Shown: positions 27,873 to 37,537 of the stretch, piece by piece
How the letters are laid out: the number at the start of each line of letters is the position of its first letter
Position numbering within the stretch: position 1 is the first letter of the stretch
Notes under the pieces: generated by a model
Told to the model about the DNA's origin: nothing
The model's database searches: none
The model's input: only the letters and a program-made list of their open reading frames with translations
Position numbers and translations under genes: made by a program
Assembly (NCBI GenBank): GCA_020445605.1
Contig: JAGRGH010000037.1
Coordinates: 108,354-172,353 of the forward strand
Source: Chromatiales bacterium
GTDB lineage: Bacteria; Pseudomonadota; Gammaproteobacteria; JAGRGH01
Reading direction: 5' to 3'
Length of the DNA: 64,000 bases

Positions 27873-28607
27873 ATGCGGCAGATCGTTCTGGATACCGAGA
27901 CCACGGGGCTTGATACGCAACAGGGTCACCGCATCATCGAGATCGGTTGCGTGGAACTGGTTTCGCGGCGTCCGACCGGCAACGATTTTCATCAGTACCT
28001 GAATCCGGAGCGCGAGATCGACGCCGGCGCCGCGGAGGTGCATGGCATCACGCTGGCGGACCTCGCCGGCAAGCCGCGCTTTTCGGACATTGCCCCGGAA
28101 CTGGTCAAGTATCTCGCGGGCGCCGAGGTCATCATCCACAACGCGCCGTTCGATGTGGGATTTCTCGACCATGAGTTCCACCACTGCGGTCTGTCCGAGC
28201 GCATCGCGAGCCTGTGCACGGTCGTCGATACACTGACGCTGGCACGCGAGATCCATCCCGGCCAGCGCAACAGCCTGGATGCGCTGTGCAAGCGCTACGC
28301 GGTGGACAACACCGGTCGCGATCTGCACGGCGCGCTGCTCGACGCACGCCTGCTGGCCGATGTCTATCTGGCGATGACCGGCGGTCAGGTTGCGCTGAGT
28401 TTCGACCAGCCCGCGGAGTCGACCGGCGGTGCCGTGGCGAATGCCGTGCCGGATCCCGCTGCGCAAGGCACGCACCGAGTGACATCGCGTGCGCGACTCA
28501 CGGTGGTCCGCCCGACCGCTGTCGAGTTGGAGGCCCATGAGCGAAGGCTCGACGAGATCGAAAAATCCAGCGGTGCCGTGGTGTGGAGACAGATTGAGCC
28601 TGTTTAG
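27873..28607 (+). CDS. dnaQ: DNA polymerase III epsilon subunit (3'-5' proofreading exonuclease)
   Basis: 244 aa. It has the DEDDh exonuclease motifs (IVLDTETTGL, IIHNAPFDVGFL, HGALLDARLLADVYL). Confidence 0.92.
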   Translation: MRQIVLDTETTGLDTQQGHRIIEIGCVELVSRRPTGNDFHQYLNPEREIDAGAAEVHGITLADLAGKPRFSDIAPELVKYLAGAEVIIHNAPFDVGFLDHEFHHCGLSERIASLCTVVDTLTLAREIHPGQRNSLDALCKRYAVDNTGRDLHGALLDARLLADVYLAMTGGQVALSFDQPAESTGGAVANAVPDPAAQGTHRVTSRARLTVVRPTAVELEAHERRLDEIEKSSGAVVWRQIEPV

Positions 28608-28652
28608 CCGGACGCCGCCAAATCACGCGGCCTCCGGTATTGCCCGGGCGGA

Positions 28653-30368
28653 TCAACCGCCGTGCAGATAGCTGAACAGCAACAGCAGTCCCATCAGCGC
28701 GACGATCATCAGCACGACATGGCTGATTGCCCAGGTGCGGGCGATGACGCCGCCCTCGCCATGCGTGCGACGCAGCCAGAACTCCACGCTGCCGAGCAGC
28801 CGTTCAGCCATCGCCCAAAGCTGCGCATTCAATCGTGACGCCAGGGCGGCCCCGGCTCGATAGGCGCGCAGACCCGCGCGACGCGTAAGCCAGTCCGCAT
28901 CCAGGTTCGTCGACCGCAGTTCCGGCGGGTAGATGCCCCGGAGGTTCAGCCACACGAATGCAGCGGCCGAGAAGAACAGCAGTTGCAGCTGCGCGAGCAC
29001 ATGCGTTGCGTCGTACGGCGTGTAGTTCATCTCGAACGGCAACAGCGCATAAAGCGCCTGCGGATACACGCCGATCCCGATGCACAGCGCGGCAGCAAGT
29101 CCCATGGCCGCGAGCATGTGACCGGGCGCCTCCTGCGGACGCTTGCCGGAGTCGTGCGCAAAAAATGCGAAGTACGGAATCTTGATGCCCGCGTGATGGA
29201 ACACACCGGCCGAGGCGAACAGCAGCGCCGGCCATACCCAGACATGCCCGGTGTCGAGCAGCGCAACCATGACCAGCGATTTGCTGACGAAACCCGAAAA
29301 CAGCGGGAAGGCCGAAATCGATGCCGCGCCGACAATGCAAAGTCCGGTCGTCTTCGGCATGGTTTTCCAGAGCCCGCCGAGTTCAGAGCCACGAATGTCG
29401 CCGGTACGGAACAGCACGGCGCCCATCGACATCATCAGCAGGCCCTTGAACAGGACATCGTTGAATGCGTGCGCGACCGCGCCGTTCACGGCCATCGCGG
29501 TGCCGATGCCGATGCCGACGACCATGAATCCGATCTGGTTGATCATCGAATAGGCGAGAACCCGCCGCAGGTCGTTTTCGATCACGGCGTAGAAGATCGG
29601 AAAGCAGGTCATGACCGCGCCGATGTAGATCAGCACTTCGGTTCCGGCGAATGCGCGCGCCAGCGCATAGACCGCGACCTTGGTCGTGAACGCGGACAGG
29701 AAAACCGTGCCGGTGGCGGTTGCCTCGGGATAGGCATCGGTCAGCCAGGTGTGCACGAACGGAAACGCGCTCTTGATGCCGAAGGCCGCAAGAATCAGCC
29801 AGCCGCCGGGTGCGTCGGTGCCGATGTGCCCGAATGCGATGTCGCCACGGTCGGCGAACCACAGGATGGCGCCTGCCAGAAGCAGCAGACCCGAGCTGAT
29901 CTGAAACGCCAGATAGCGGATGCCCGCGCGCAAGGCACGCTCGCCGCCGCGCGCAAAGATCAGCCAGACCGATGCGAGCGCCATGCACTCCCAGGCAACG
30001 AACAGGCTGATCAGATCGCCGGCGAACACCGCGCCCAGCGCGGCGGCAATGTAGATCTGCGAGCTGGCCTGTTGCAGCGTGTCGCGCTCGTCACGTCCGA
30101 TTCGAAGGGCGAACAGATTCGCGACCAGCGCGGCAATGTGGAACAGGTAGCCGAAGAGCAGGCTGAGCCGGTCGACGCGGTAGAGTTCGAGTTGCTGGCC
30201 GATCAGCGAGATCGCGTAATGCTCGCCGTGTTCGATGCCGAGCAGTCGCCAGAAACCGTAGATCGGCACGCCTAGCAACACCAGGGTGCGCCACGGACCG
30301 CGTACCAGCAGCGGCAGCAACATGCCCGCGAGCAGAAACGGCAGGAACGGTGGCAGCTCAGTCGGCAT
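28653..30368 (-). CDS. NuoL/MrpD-type proton-conducting antiporter-like subunit (third D-like paralog)
   Basis: 571 aa. It is polytopic with the PF00361-type core (WECMALASV..., ...AHAFNDVLFKGLLMMSMGAV...). It overlaps the upstream small ORF by 11 nt. Confidence 0.8.
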   Translation of the reverse strand: MPTELPPFLPFLLAGMLLPLLVRGPWRTLVLLGVPIYGFWRLLGIEHGEHYAISLIGQQLELYRVDRLSLLFGYLFHIAALVANLFALRIGRDERDTLQQASSQIYIAAALGAVFAGDLISLFVAWECMALASVWLIFARGGERALRAGIRYLAFQISSGLLLLAGAILWFADRGDIAFGHIGTDAPGGWLILAAFGIKSAFPFVHTWLTDAYPEATATGTVFLSAFTTKVAVYALARAFAGTEVLIYIGAVMTCFPIFYAVIENDLRRVLAYSMINQIGFMVVGIGIGTAMAVNGAVAHAFNDVLFKGLLMMSMGAVLFRTGDIRGSELGGLWKTMPKTTGLCIVGAASISAFPLFSGFVSKSLVMVALLDTGHVWVWPALLFASAGVFHHAGIKIPYFAFFAHDSGKRPQEAPGHMLAAMGLAAALCIGIGVYPQALYALLPFEMNYTPYDATHVLAQLQLLFFSAAAFVWLNLRGIYPPELRSTNLDADWLTRRAGLRAYRAGAALASRLNAQLWAMAERLLGSVEFWLRRTHGEGGVIARTWAISHVVLMIVALMGLLLLFSYLHGG

Positions 30369-30621
30369 CGTAATAGTCTTCGCGACGCATGACGACCTTG
30401 CGCATTTCCTTGGCGATCACCACCAGCAGCACGCAGGCGACAAAACCGAACAGCGCGTAGAAGCTCCACAGGCGTTCCCATGGATGCGCGATGTGGCGAT
30501 GCACGACGAACTCCAGTGCCACGAGAATCGCGCAGATCGCGTAGAACACGCGCAGGATGCGCCGGACGTTCTTCGGTTGGTCGAAGAAGTCTGGAAGATT
30601 CTTGCCCTGTGGATGTTTCAT
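30358..30621 (-). CDS. small two-helix membrane protein, function unknown
   Basis: Trimmed to the ATG at 30621 (MKHPQGKNLPDFFDQ...), giving 87 aa with two hydrophobic helices. It is wedged between the NhaD-type gene and the third D-like gene. Confidence 0.5.
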   Translation of the reverse strand: MKHPQGKNLPDFFDQPKNVRRILRVFYAICAILVALEFVVHRHIAHPWERLWSFYALFGFVACVLLVVIAKEMRKVVMRREDYYDAD

Positions 30622-30631
30622 GATGCCGGCG

Positions 30632-32041
30632 CTAGAACAGTGCGCTGTTGATCCAGAAATGCACTGCGATGCTCGCCGCATAGCCGAGCGCAATCACGGG
30701 CGTCCACTTCAGGTGACCGAAGAACGTGTACTTGCCGTGGGCCTGCCCCATCAGTGCGACACCGGCGGCCGAGCCCACTGACAACAGGCTGCCGCCGACG
30801 CCGGCCGTCAGTGTGACCAGCAGCCACTGGCCGGTCGGCATCTCAGGCCCCATGCTGAGAACCGCGAACATCACCGGGATGTTGTCGATGACCGAGGACA
30901 GCAGCCCGACGACGATATTGGCCGTGGTCGCCCCCCACTGGTTGTACATCACATCCGAAACCAGCGTCAGATAGCCGAGAAAACCGAGCCCGCCCACGCA
31001 CAGAACCACCCCGTAGAAAAACAGCAGGGTGTCCCACTCCGCCTGGGCGATCTTGCTGAACACATTGAAGGGCACGACACTGCCGACCGGCGTGGCCGCA
31101 TCGGATTGTTCGAGGGCCCAGCGCAGGCAGGTCTTCTTCAGATAGAACCCGAATACTTGCAGATATCCGAGCCCGGTCAGCATGCCGATGACCGGCGGCA
31201 GGCCGAGGAAGTTGTGGAACGCAACGGCCGTGGCGATGGTGAGCAGGAACAGTGCGATGATTCGCCGCGCGCCGCGTTTCATCGCGACTGCATGACCCTG
31301 GGTCGACGGCCGCTCGTTCGGGACCGCGAAATGCATGATCGCGGCAGGAACGACAAAGTTCACGACCGCTGGCACGAACAGTGCGAGAAAGGTCCAGAAT
31401 TCAACCACGCCTTTCTGCCAGACCATCAGCGTGGTGATGTCGCCGAACGGGCTGAAGGCCCCGCCGGCATTCGCGCCGATCACGATGTTGATACAAGCGA
31501 GCAGCACGAAGCGGGTGTTCTGGCCGCCGACCGCGAGCACCACCGCGCACATGAGCAGCGCGGTCGTCAGGTTGTCGGCGATCGGGGAGATGAAAAACGC
31601 TAGGGTGCCGGTGAACCAGAACAGCGTTCGAAAGCCGAATCCGCGTCGTATCAGCCATGCGCGCAGCGCATCGAAGACCTGACGTTCCTGCATCGCGTTG
31701 ATGTAGGTCATCGCGACCAGCAGGAACAGCATCAGCTCGGCGAATTCGAGAAAGCTGTGGCGTACCGCGTGCTCGGCCAGTTCCGGTATGCCGTGCTGCA
31801 CGTAGTACCAGCCGATCATGCTCCAGATGATGCCCGCCGCGAGGATCACGGGTTTGGACTTGCGCAGCTCCGTGTACTCCTCGGCCATGACCAGCAGGTA
31901 GGCGATCACAAAGATCGCGAGTGCCGCTATTCCGACGCCGCTGGTGGTGAGGTCCAGCGGCTGTGAAGATTCCGTGGCGGCAAGGACAGTAGTGGCGGGC
32001 CAGAGCAGCGCCGGGATGAGCAGCGCCAAACGCGTAAGCAT
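30632..32041 (-). CDS. nhaD: NhaD-type Na+/H+ antiporter (ArsB/NhaD permease superfamily)
   Basis: Trimmed to the ATG at 32041, giving 469 aa. An N-terminal signal-like helix is followed by about 12 TM helices. The overall pattern (...EYTELRKSKPVILAAGIIW..., ...SPIADNLTTALLM...) is typical of NhaD-family proteins. Confidence 0.72.
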   Translation of the reverse strand: MLTRLALLIPALLWPATTVLAATESSQPLDLTTSGVGIAALAIFVIAYLLVMAEEYTELRKSKPVILAAGIIWSMIGWYYVQHGIPELAEHAVRHSFLEFAELMLFLLVAMTYINAMQERQVFDALRAWLIRRGFGFRTLFWFTGTLAFFISPIADNLTTALLMCAVVLAVGGQNTRFVLLACINIVIGANAGGAFSPFGDITTLMVWQKGVVEFWTFLALFVPAVVNFVVPAAIMHFAVPNERPSTQGHAVAMKRGARRIIALFLLTIATAVAFHNFLGLPPVIGMLTGLGYLQVFGFYLKKTCLRWALEQSDAATPVGSVVPFNVFSKIAQAEWDTLLFFYGVVLCVGGLGFLGYLTLVSDVMYNQWGATTANIVVGLLSSVIDNIPVMFAVLSMGPEMPTGQWLLVTLTAGVGGSLLSVGSAAGVALMGQAHGKYTFFGHLKWTPVIALGYAASIAVHFWINSALF

Positions 32042-32129
32042 GTACAGGGTTCTCTCGGTTACGGGTGGGTGGGTGCGCAAAGGTGTGCGCTATGGAAGCA
32101 GACTTCTTCGACGTCCGGACTTTGTGTGC

Positions 32130-33596
32130 TCATCGTGCCGCGATTGCCGTCTGCTGTGCCAGGTCCGCGGCCGGCCCGGGAACGAAGAACATCGCGATGC
32201 TGAGCAGGGCAGTCAGGCTGAGCGCGGTCGCCGCGGGCCATGGTGCCTCGCGAATCGCAATGCCGTGCTCGCCGGCCGGTCGGCGCAGAAACGCGCGCAG
32301 CGGAATCACCATCAGGTAACTCAGGTTCAGCAGCGAACTGATCAGCAACACCGCGAGCAGCAACAGGTCGCCGGCCTCGATCGTGCCCAGCGCAAGATAC
32401 CACTTGCTCCACAGGCCGCCGCCGGGCGGCAGCCCGACGAGACTCAGGCTTGCCAGCAGGAACGCGGTCATCGTGATGGGCATGGCTCGGCCGAGGCCGT
32501 CGAGCTGGCTGACTTCGGTGCGGTGCGTGGTGATCATGATCGCGCCGGCGCAGAAGAACAGGGTGATCTTCGCGAACGCGTGCATGGCGATATGCAGGGT
32601 GCCCCCGAAGACGCCAGCCTGTGTCGCAAGCATTGCACCGAGCACGACATAGGAGAGCTGGCTGACCGTGGAGTACGCGAGCCGTCGCTTCAGGTTGTCC
32701 TGGCGCAGCGCGATCAGCGAGGCGATGAGGATCGTCGCCGCGGCGATCCAGGTCAGCCATTGCTGTGCCGGCAGATCCGCGATCCGGTCGATCCCGAAGA
32801 TGTACACGACGACCTTCATGATGGAGAACACGCCGGCCTTGACCACGGCGACTGCGTGCAGCAGGGCGCTGACCGGCGTCGGTGCGACCATCGCCGCGGG
32901 CAGCCAGCGGTGCAGGGGCATCAGCGCGGCCTTGCCGATCCCGTAGGCATACAGAAACAGCAGAATGCCAAGGGTTGTTGCGCCGATCGCGCCGGGAAAG
33001 ATGCCACCGGCCTGAAAGTCCGTGGTTCCGGCCAGCCAGTGGGTCGCGACGATCGCAATCAGTTGCAGCCCGATCGAGCTGCCGAGCAGCAGCCCGAGGT
33101 AGGTGCGCCCGCCGGCACGCGCGGCATCCGTGCCACTGTGCGTGACCAGCGGATAGGTCGACAGGGTCAGCGCCTCATAAAACAGGAACAGCGTGTACAG
33201 GTTTGCCGCGAATGCGATGCCCATTACGGCGGCGATCGCGATTGCGAAATATGCATAGAACCGGGTCTGATGCTGCTCGCCGTGGGCGCGCATGTAACCG
33301 ATGGAGTACAGCGTGGTGACCGGCCACAGGGTCGCCGCAATCAGTGCGAACAGCACGCCCAGCGGCTCGGCGCGAAACGCCAGCGAGATGCCCGGCAATG
33401 GTTCGGCGAGCACGAGCGTGGTCATCGCGCCGGCGTCGAATCCCGAGTAGAGATTCGCGACCGTCAGAAAAACGATGCCGCCGGTGATCAGTGAAACCGC
33501 CTCGCGACCGTTGGGACGGGCGCCGGTCAACAGCACGCCGAGCGCGCCTGCCGCGGGCAGCAGCATCGCCAGCAACATCGCCGCGTGTGTGCTCAT
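32130..33596 (-). CDS. mrpD: Mrp/Mnh antiporter subunit D (paralog 2)
   Basis: Trimmed to the ATG at 33596 (ATGA overlap with the upstream gene), giving 488 aa. It has the NuoM/N-like core (...KAALMPLHRWLPAAMVAPTPVSALLHA...). Confidence 0.85.
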   Translation of the reverse strand: MSTHAAMLLAMLLPAAGALGVLLTGARPNGREAVSLITGGIVFLTVANLYSGFDAGAMTTLVLAEPLPGISLAFRAEPLGVLFALIAATLWPVTTLYSIGYMRAHGEQHQTRFYAYFAIAIAAVMGIAFAANLYTLFLFYEALTLSTYPLVTHSGTDAARAGGRTYLGLLLGSSIGLQLIAIVATHWLAGTTDFQAGGIFPGAIGATTLGILLFLYAYGIGKAALMPLHRWLPAAMVAPTPVSALLHAVAVVKAGVFSIMKVVVYIFGIDRIADLPAQQWLTWIAAATILIASLIALRQDNLKRRLAYSTVSQLSYVVLGAMLATQAGVFGGTLHIAMHAFAKITLFFCAGAIMITTHRTEVSQLDGLGRAMPITMTAFLLASLSLVGLPPGGGLWSKWYLALGTIEAGDLLLLAVLLISSLLNLSYLMVIPLRAFLRRPAGEHGIAIREAPWPAATALSLTALLSIAMFFVPGPAADLAQQTAIAAR

Positions 33597-35086
33597 GGCA
33601 GCGGGCCCGAGAGGGCGGCGGCCGCCGAGCGCGCCGTTTCGAGTGGCAGATCGGTCGCCAGTCCGAACCAGATCCCCGCGCCAGCCAATACCCACAGCGG
33701 CAGCAGGATCGACAGCGGGGCGTCTGCAATGTTCGCGTGACCGGGCGCCGGCATACGAAAGTATGCGCGTTCCACGATGCGGCCGACGTAAAAGACCGCG
33801 ATGACCGAACTCGCAATCACCACGATCGCCGCAACGATGCCGGCTGCGCCGGATTCGAGCGCCGCCTCGAGCAGCAGCCACTTGCTGACGAACCCGGCCG
33901 TCGGCGGTACGCCGATCAGGCTGAGCCCGGCGGCGACGAACGCGGCCATCGTCCAGGGCATGCGTCGACCGATGCCGTTGAACTGGTCCAGAGAGCTGCT
34001 GCCGACACGCAGCACCACGGCACCGACCGCGAGAAACAGCGCGGTCTTCATCATTGCGTGATTGAACAGATGCAGCAGGCTTGCCGCCAGCCCGGCGGCA
34101 CTCGCCAGGGCGATGCCCAGCACCATATAGCCGATCTGCGCGACCGATGAATAGGCCAGTACGGCCTTGGCGTCCTTCTGGTAGAGCGCCACGAGCGAAG
34201 GGATGAGGGCGCCCGCGAGCGCAATTGGCAACAGTGCGTCGCCCAGTTCGAGATTTCCGAAGCTGAAGTCGCCGCCGAACAGTCCAAAGACAAAGCGCAC
34301 GAGTATGTAGATCGAAACCTTCGTCGCCGTGCCGGCGAGAAACGCCGCGACCGGGTTAGGCGCAAACCCATACGCGTTCGGCAGCCAGGCATGCAGCGGA
34401 AAGATCGCCGCCTTGATCGCAAGCCCGATCACGACGAATGCCAGTGCCACGCGAATCGTGCGTGTGTCCTGTACGGCGTCGATGCGTTCGGCGAGATCGG
34501 CCATGTTCAGCGTGCCGGTCATCATGTACATGAGACCGATGCCGATCAGCAGAAACGTCGCGCCAATGGTGCCCTGCACGAGGTAGTGAAATGCGGCTCG
34601 CAGCGCGCGGCGCTGTCGTCCGAGCGCGATCAGGAAGTAGCTCGACAGGGACGAGATTTCCAGGAACACGAAGACGTTGAACGCGTCACCGGTCACGGTC
34701 ATGCCGAGCAGGCCGGTCAGACACAGCAGCCAGCCGGTGTAGAAGAGTTCAGTGCGTGACTGCGGGATGTCGGCGGCGATGCCGGCCGGGGCCGAGATCA
34801 GCACGATGGTCGAGATGGATGAAACGACCAGCAGAACGAGGGCGTTCGCGAGATCGACCCGATACTCGATGCCGAACGGTGCCGGCCAGCCGCCCAGTGC
34901 GTAGGAGATCGTTCCGCCCTGTTGCACCTGGTTGAGCAGGGCAAATGCGATCAGCATGCTCGCAAGGCTCGCCAGTGTTGCGATCGGCCATGCCAGCCGG
35001 CGCGCGCCGGGTAGCATGCAGACCGGCGCCGCGATCAGCGGCACCACGACCTGCAATGCCGGCAGATGGGTCATCAGGCTGCTCAC
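33593..35086 (-). CDS. mrpD: Mrp/Mnh antiporter subunit D (paralog 1)
   Basis: 497 aa. It has the NuoM/N-like core (...KAAIFPLHAWLPNAYGFAP..., ...HLFNHAMMKTALFL...). Confidence 0.85.
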   Translation of the reverse strand: MSSLMTHLPALQVVVPLIAAPVCMLPGARRLAWPIATLASLASMLIAFALLNQVQQGGTISYALGGWPAPFGIEYRVDLANALVLLVVSSISTIVLISAPAGIAADIPQSRTELFYTGWLLCLTGLLGMTVTGDAFNVFVFLEISSLSSYFLIALGRQRRALRAAFHYLVQGTIGATFLLIGIGLMYMMTGTLNMADLAERIDAVQDTRTIRVALAFVVIGLAIKAAIFPLHAWLPNAYGFAPNPVAAFLAGTATKVSIYILVRFVFGLFGGDFSFGNLELGDALLPIALAGALIPSLVALYQKDAKAVLAYSSVAQIGYMVLGIALASAAGLAASLLHLFNHAMMKTALFLAVGAVVLRVGSSSLDQFNGIGRRMPWTMAAFVAAGLSLIGVPPTAGFVSKWLLLEAALESGAAGIVAAIVVIASSVIAVFYVGRIVERAYFRMPAPGHANIADAPLSILLPLWVLAGAGIWFGLATDLPLETARSAAAALSGPLP

Positions 35087-35433
35087 GTGTCTGCGCCCAG
35101 GTCCTGCCGGTCGTCAATATCGCCATAGGCGCTGTGGATGCGCGCGGTCAGCGCGAGCGCCAGGGCGGTGGTTGCAACGCCCACGACGATCGCCGTCAGG
35201 ATCAGCACGTGGGGCAACGGGTTCGAGTAGGGTGCGGCGCCGTCCTGCAGGATCGGAGCCGTGCCGTCGTGGACCTTGCCCATGGAAATAAACAGCATGA
35301 ACACCGAGATCTGAAACAGGTTCAGGCCGATGATCTTGCGAATCAGGTTACGGCTGCCGATCACGATATAAAACCCGGTCATCATCAGAACGATGACCGC
35401 CCAGTAGTTGTACAGTCCGAGGGCGAGTTCCAT
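35083..35433 (-). CDS. mrpC: Mrp/Mnh antiporter subunit C (NuoK-like)
   Basis: 116 aa with three helices. It has the motif NLIRKIIGLNLFQ. Confidence 0.88.
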   Translation of the reverse strand: MELALGLYNYWAVIVLMMTGFYIVIGSRNLIRKIIGLNLFQISVFMLFISMGKVHDGTAPILQDGAAPYSNPLPHVLILTAIVVGVATTALALALTARIHSAYGDIDDRQDLGADT

Positions 35434-35858
35434 CAGTCCGGCTCGCCGTAGCCCGTGAACGCGTAGAACAGACCGATCATCACACTTGCAACGGTGATGC
35501 CGACGCCGAGTTCGATCAGCAGTATTCCAAGATGCTGGCCCTGTACCGGGTTATGGGCGAGTACTGCGTAGTCGAGATACTGCCCGCCGAGCAACATGCC
35601 GGCGACACCCACACCGGCGTACAGCAGCACGCCGGATGCGCTCAGCACCCGAATGGCGGCGCGTGGAACGACACGGATCAGCGCATCGACTCCGTACACG
35701 AGGCCGTAGAGGATCATTCCGGCGGCGAAAATCACGCCGGCCTGAAAGCCGCCGCCCGGGCCATAGTCGCCATGGAACTGCACGTACAGTGCGAACAGCA
35801 GGATCAGCGGGATCAAGAGCTTCGCGACCAGGCGAACGATCAGGTGGTGTTCCATCAC
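35433..35858 (-). CDS. mrpB: Mrp/Mnh antiporter subunit B
   Basis: 141 aa. It has the motif HGDYGPGGGFQAGVI, typical of the MnhB domain. Confidence 0.85.
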   Translation of the reverse strand: MMEHHLIVRLVAKLLIPLILLFALYVQFHGDYGPGGGFQAGVIFAAGMILYGLVYGVDALIRVVPRAAIRVLSASGVLLYAGVGVAGMLLGGQYLDYAVLAHNPVQGQHLGILLIELGVGITVASVMIGLFYAFTGYGEPD

Positions 35859-36400
35859 TCGGTCTCGTGATCGAACTCGCAGTCGGGGCGTCGACGGCGA
35901 CCGCGGTGCAGGCCGATCAGGCCGAGCACGCTGATGCCGGCCGTGAAGATGACGGTGACCTCGCCCAGCGTGTCATAGCCGCGATAGCTCGCAAGCACGG
36001 AGGTCACGATGTTCGGGATGCCGATCTCCGTGCCGGACGCTTCCACGTAGCGCGGAACGACATGCTGCATGGCCGGCGCGTCCGGGTCGCCGTAGTGCGG
36101 CATGTCCAGCGTGCCGTAGATCAGCAGGGCGCCAGTCAGCACGACCGCCAGCAGGCGCGGCAGTGAGTGCTGGAAGGGCATCGCGCGTGCGCATCCGGTG
36201 ATCCCGAGGGTCGCCAGCATGAGGATCGTCGAGACGCCTGCGCCGACGGCGGCCTCGGTGAAGGCGACGTCCACTGCATCCATGACCACGAACAGCGACG
36301 CCGACAACAGGCTGAACAGCCCGAGCAGCATCGTCGCGGTGAACAGGTTGCGCTGCCACATCACCGCAAGTGCGGTCACCGCGAGCAGGGCGAACAGCAC
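35855..36400 (-). CDS. DUF4040/MrpA-C-terminal-like plus MnhB-related membrane protein
   Basis: This is the C-terminal part of track ORF 35855-36784. It contains MDAVDVAFTEAAVGAGVS (DUF4040-like) and NIVTSVLASYRGYDTLGEV (MnhB-related). The start is uncertain: a GTG at 36400 lies 8 nt after the mrpG stop, and the next in-frame ATG is at 36361. Confidence 0.65.
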   Translation of the reverse strand: MLFALLAVTALAVMWQRNLFTATMLLGLFSLLSASLFVVMDAVDVAFTEAAVGAGVSTILMLATLGITGCARAMPFQHSLPRLLAVVLTGALLIYGTLDMPHYGDPDAPAMQHVVPRYVEASGTEIGIPNIVTSVLASYRGYDTLGEVTVIFTAGISVLGLIGLHRGRRRRPDCEFDHETE

Positions 36401-36408
36401 AATGTCGA

Positions 36409-36744
36409 TCAGCAGTTCGATGGCTGCGACTCCCCACTGCGCTCGCCAACCACAGGCCGCAGTCCGCCGTGCGCCGCCGCCTTTGCCAGCGCATGGGTTG
36501 CCGTGGGGCCGGTGAGCAGCAGAAACACACCGATCAGGACCAGCTTCACGGCGGTCAGCCAGTCGTCGCTTTGCAGCAGCATGGCCATCAGCAGCGGCAG
36601 GGTGCCGCCGGTATCGATGATGCTGGCGGCATGCACGCGCGTGAAAAATTCCGGAAAACGCAGCAGTCCCACGCCGCCCGAAATCAGAAAAATCCCCGCG
36701 GTCACGATCAGCAGCCATGCAGCGACATCGAAGGCGACGCTCAC
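36409..36744 (-). CDS. mrpG: Mrp/Mnh antiporter subunit G
   Basis: 111 aa. It has the motif GLLRFPEFFTRVHAASIIDTGG, typical of MnhG. Confidence 0.85.
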   Translation of the reverse strand: MSVAFDVAAWLLIVTAGIFLISGGVGLLRFPEFFTRVHAASIIDTGGTLPLLMAMLLQSDDWLTAVKLVLIGVFLLLTGPTATHALAKAAAHGGLRPVVGERSGESQPSNC

Positions 36745-37034
36745 GACGCGTTCCCGTCGTGATGACCCTGGCGCGACGGAACACCCAGATCGCGTGACTC
36801 GAAGAACTTCAGCACGGCGAGCGTGCCGATGAAATTGATCAGCGCGTAGACCAGCGCGATGTCCAGAAAGGCGGGGCGGCCGGTCATGAAACCGAACAGC
36901 GCGATCAGCAGCACGGTCTTGGTGCCGAAGGCATTGAGCGCGAGCAGGCGGTCGTAGACCGTTGGTCCGGCCAGCGCGCGGACCAGCCCCATGGCCATGG
37001 CGATCAGGACCGCGATCAATGCCGCCACGAACAT
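36741..37034 (-). CDS. mrpF: Mrp/Mnh antiporter subunit F
   Basis: Trimmed to the ATG at 37034 (1-nt overlap with the mrpE stop), giving 97 aa. It contains ...VYDRLLALNAFGTKTV...DIALVYALINFIGTLA. Confidence 0.85.
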   Translation of the reverse strand: MFVAALIAVLIAMAMGLVRALAGPTVYDRLLALNAFGTKTVLLIALFGFMTGRPAFLDIALVYALINFIGTLAVLKFFESRDLGVPSRQGHHDGNAS

Positions 37035-37510
37035 CAGCGTTCGCCCTCGACCGCGCAGATGCGGCGGTTCATCTCGCCCGCCCGCAGGGTCTCGAGTCCA
37101 GCGGCCGTCAGCGCGTGCACGCGCAGTCGTTGGTCGACGAGGTCCAGCGTGACCGTGCCCGGTGTCAGGGTGATGGAGTTTCCGTAGATCGTGCGCCCGG
37201 CCGGGGTGCGCTGGCCGGCCTCGAGCCAGCCGACCGCGGGCCTTGGGCGTCGGCGCGACCATACGACCCGCAGCACGTCGACGTTGGATGACGCGATTTC
37301 GCGGGCGAGCCAGGCCCAGTACGCCAGCAGACGCAGGGGGCGCAGATGCAGCGGGTAGGACTCACCGTCGACCACGTCCATGCGATAGGCGAGCCAAGTC
37401 ACCAGCGCCACGGAGACGGCGCCCAGGCCGAGCAGCAGTGGGTCGGTCATTCCCGAAAGAAGCCACCACAGTACCGAGAGCACCACAATCAGGCCAAGCA
37501 GGTGTTTCAT
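37034..37510 (-). CDS. mrpE: Mrp/Mnh antiporter subunit E
   Basis: 158 aa with two N-terminal helices. It contains ...SNVDVLRVVW...GNSITLTPGTVTLDL..., typical of MnhE. Confidence 0.85.
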   Translation of the reverse strand: MKHLLGLIVVLSVLWWLLSGMTDPLLLGLGAVSVALVTWLAYRMDVVDGESYPLHLRPLRLLAYWAWLAREIASSNVDVLRVVWSRRRPRPAVGWLEAGQRTPAGRTIYGNSITLTPGTVTLDLVDQRLRVHALTAAGLETLRAGEMNRRICAVEGER

Positions 37511-37537
37511 AGATCGCGCGATGATACCCGAGCGCCG

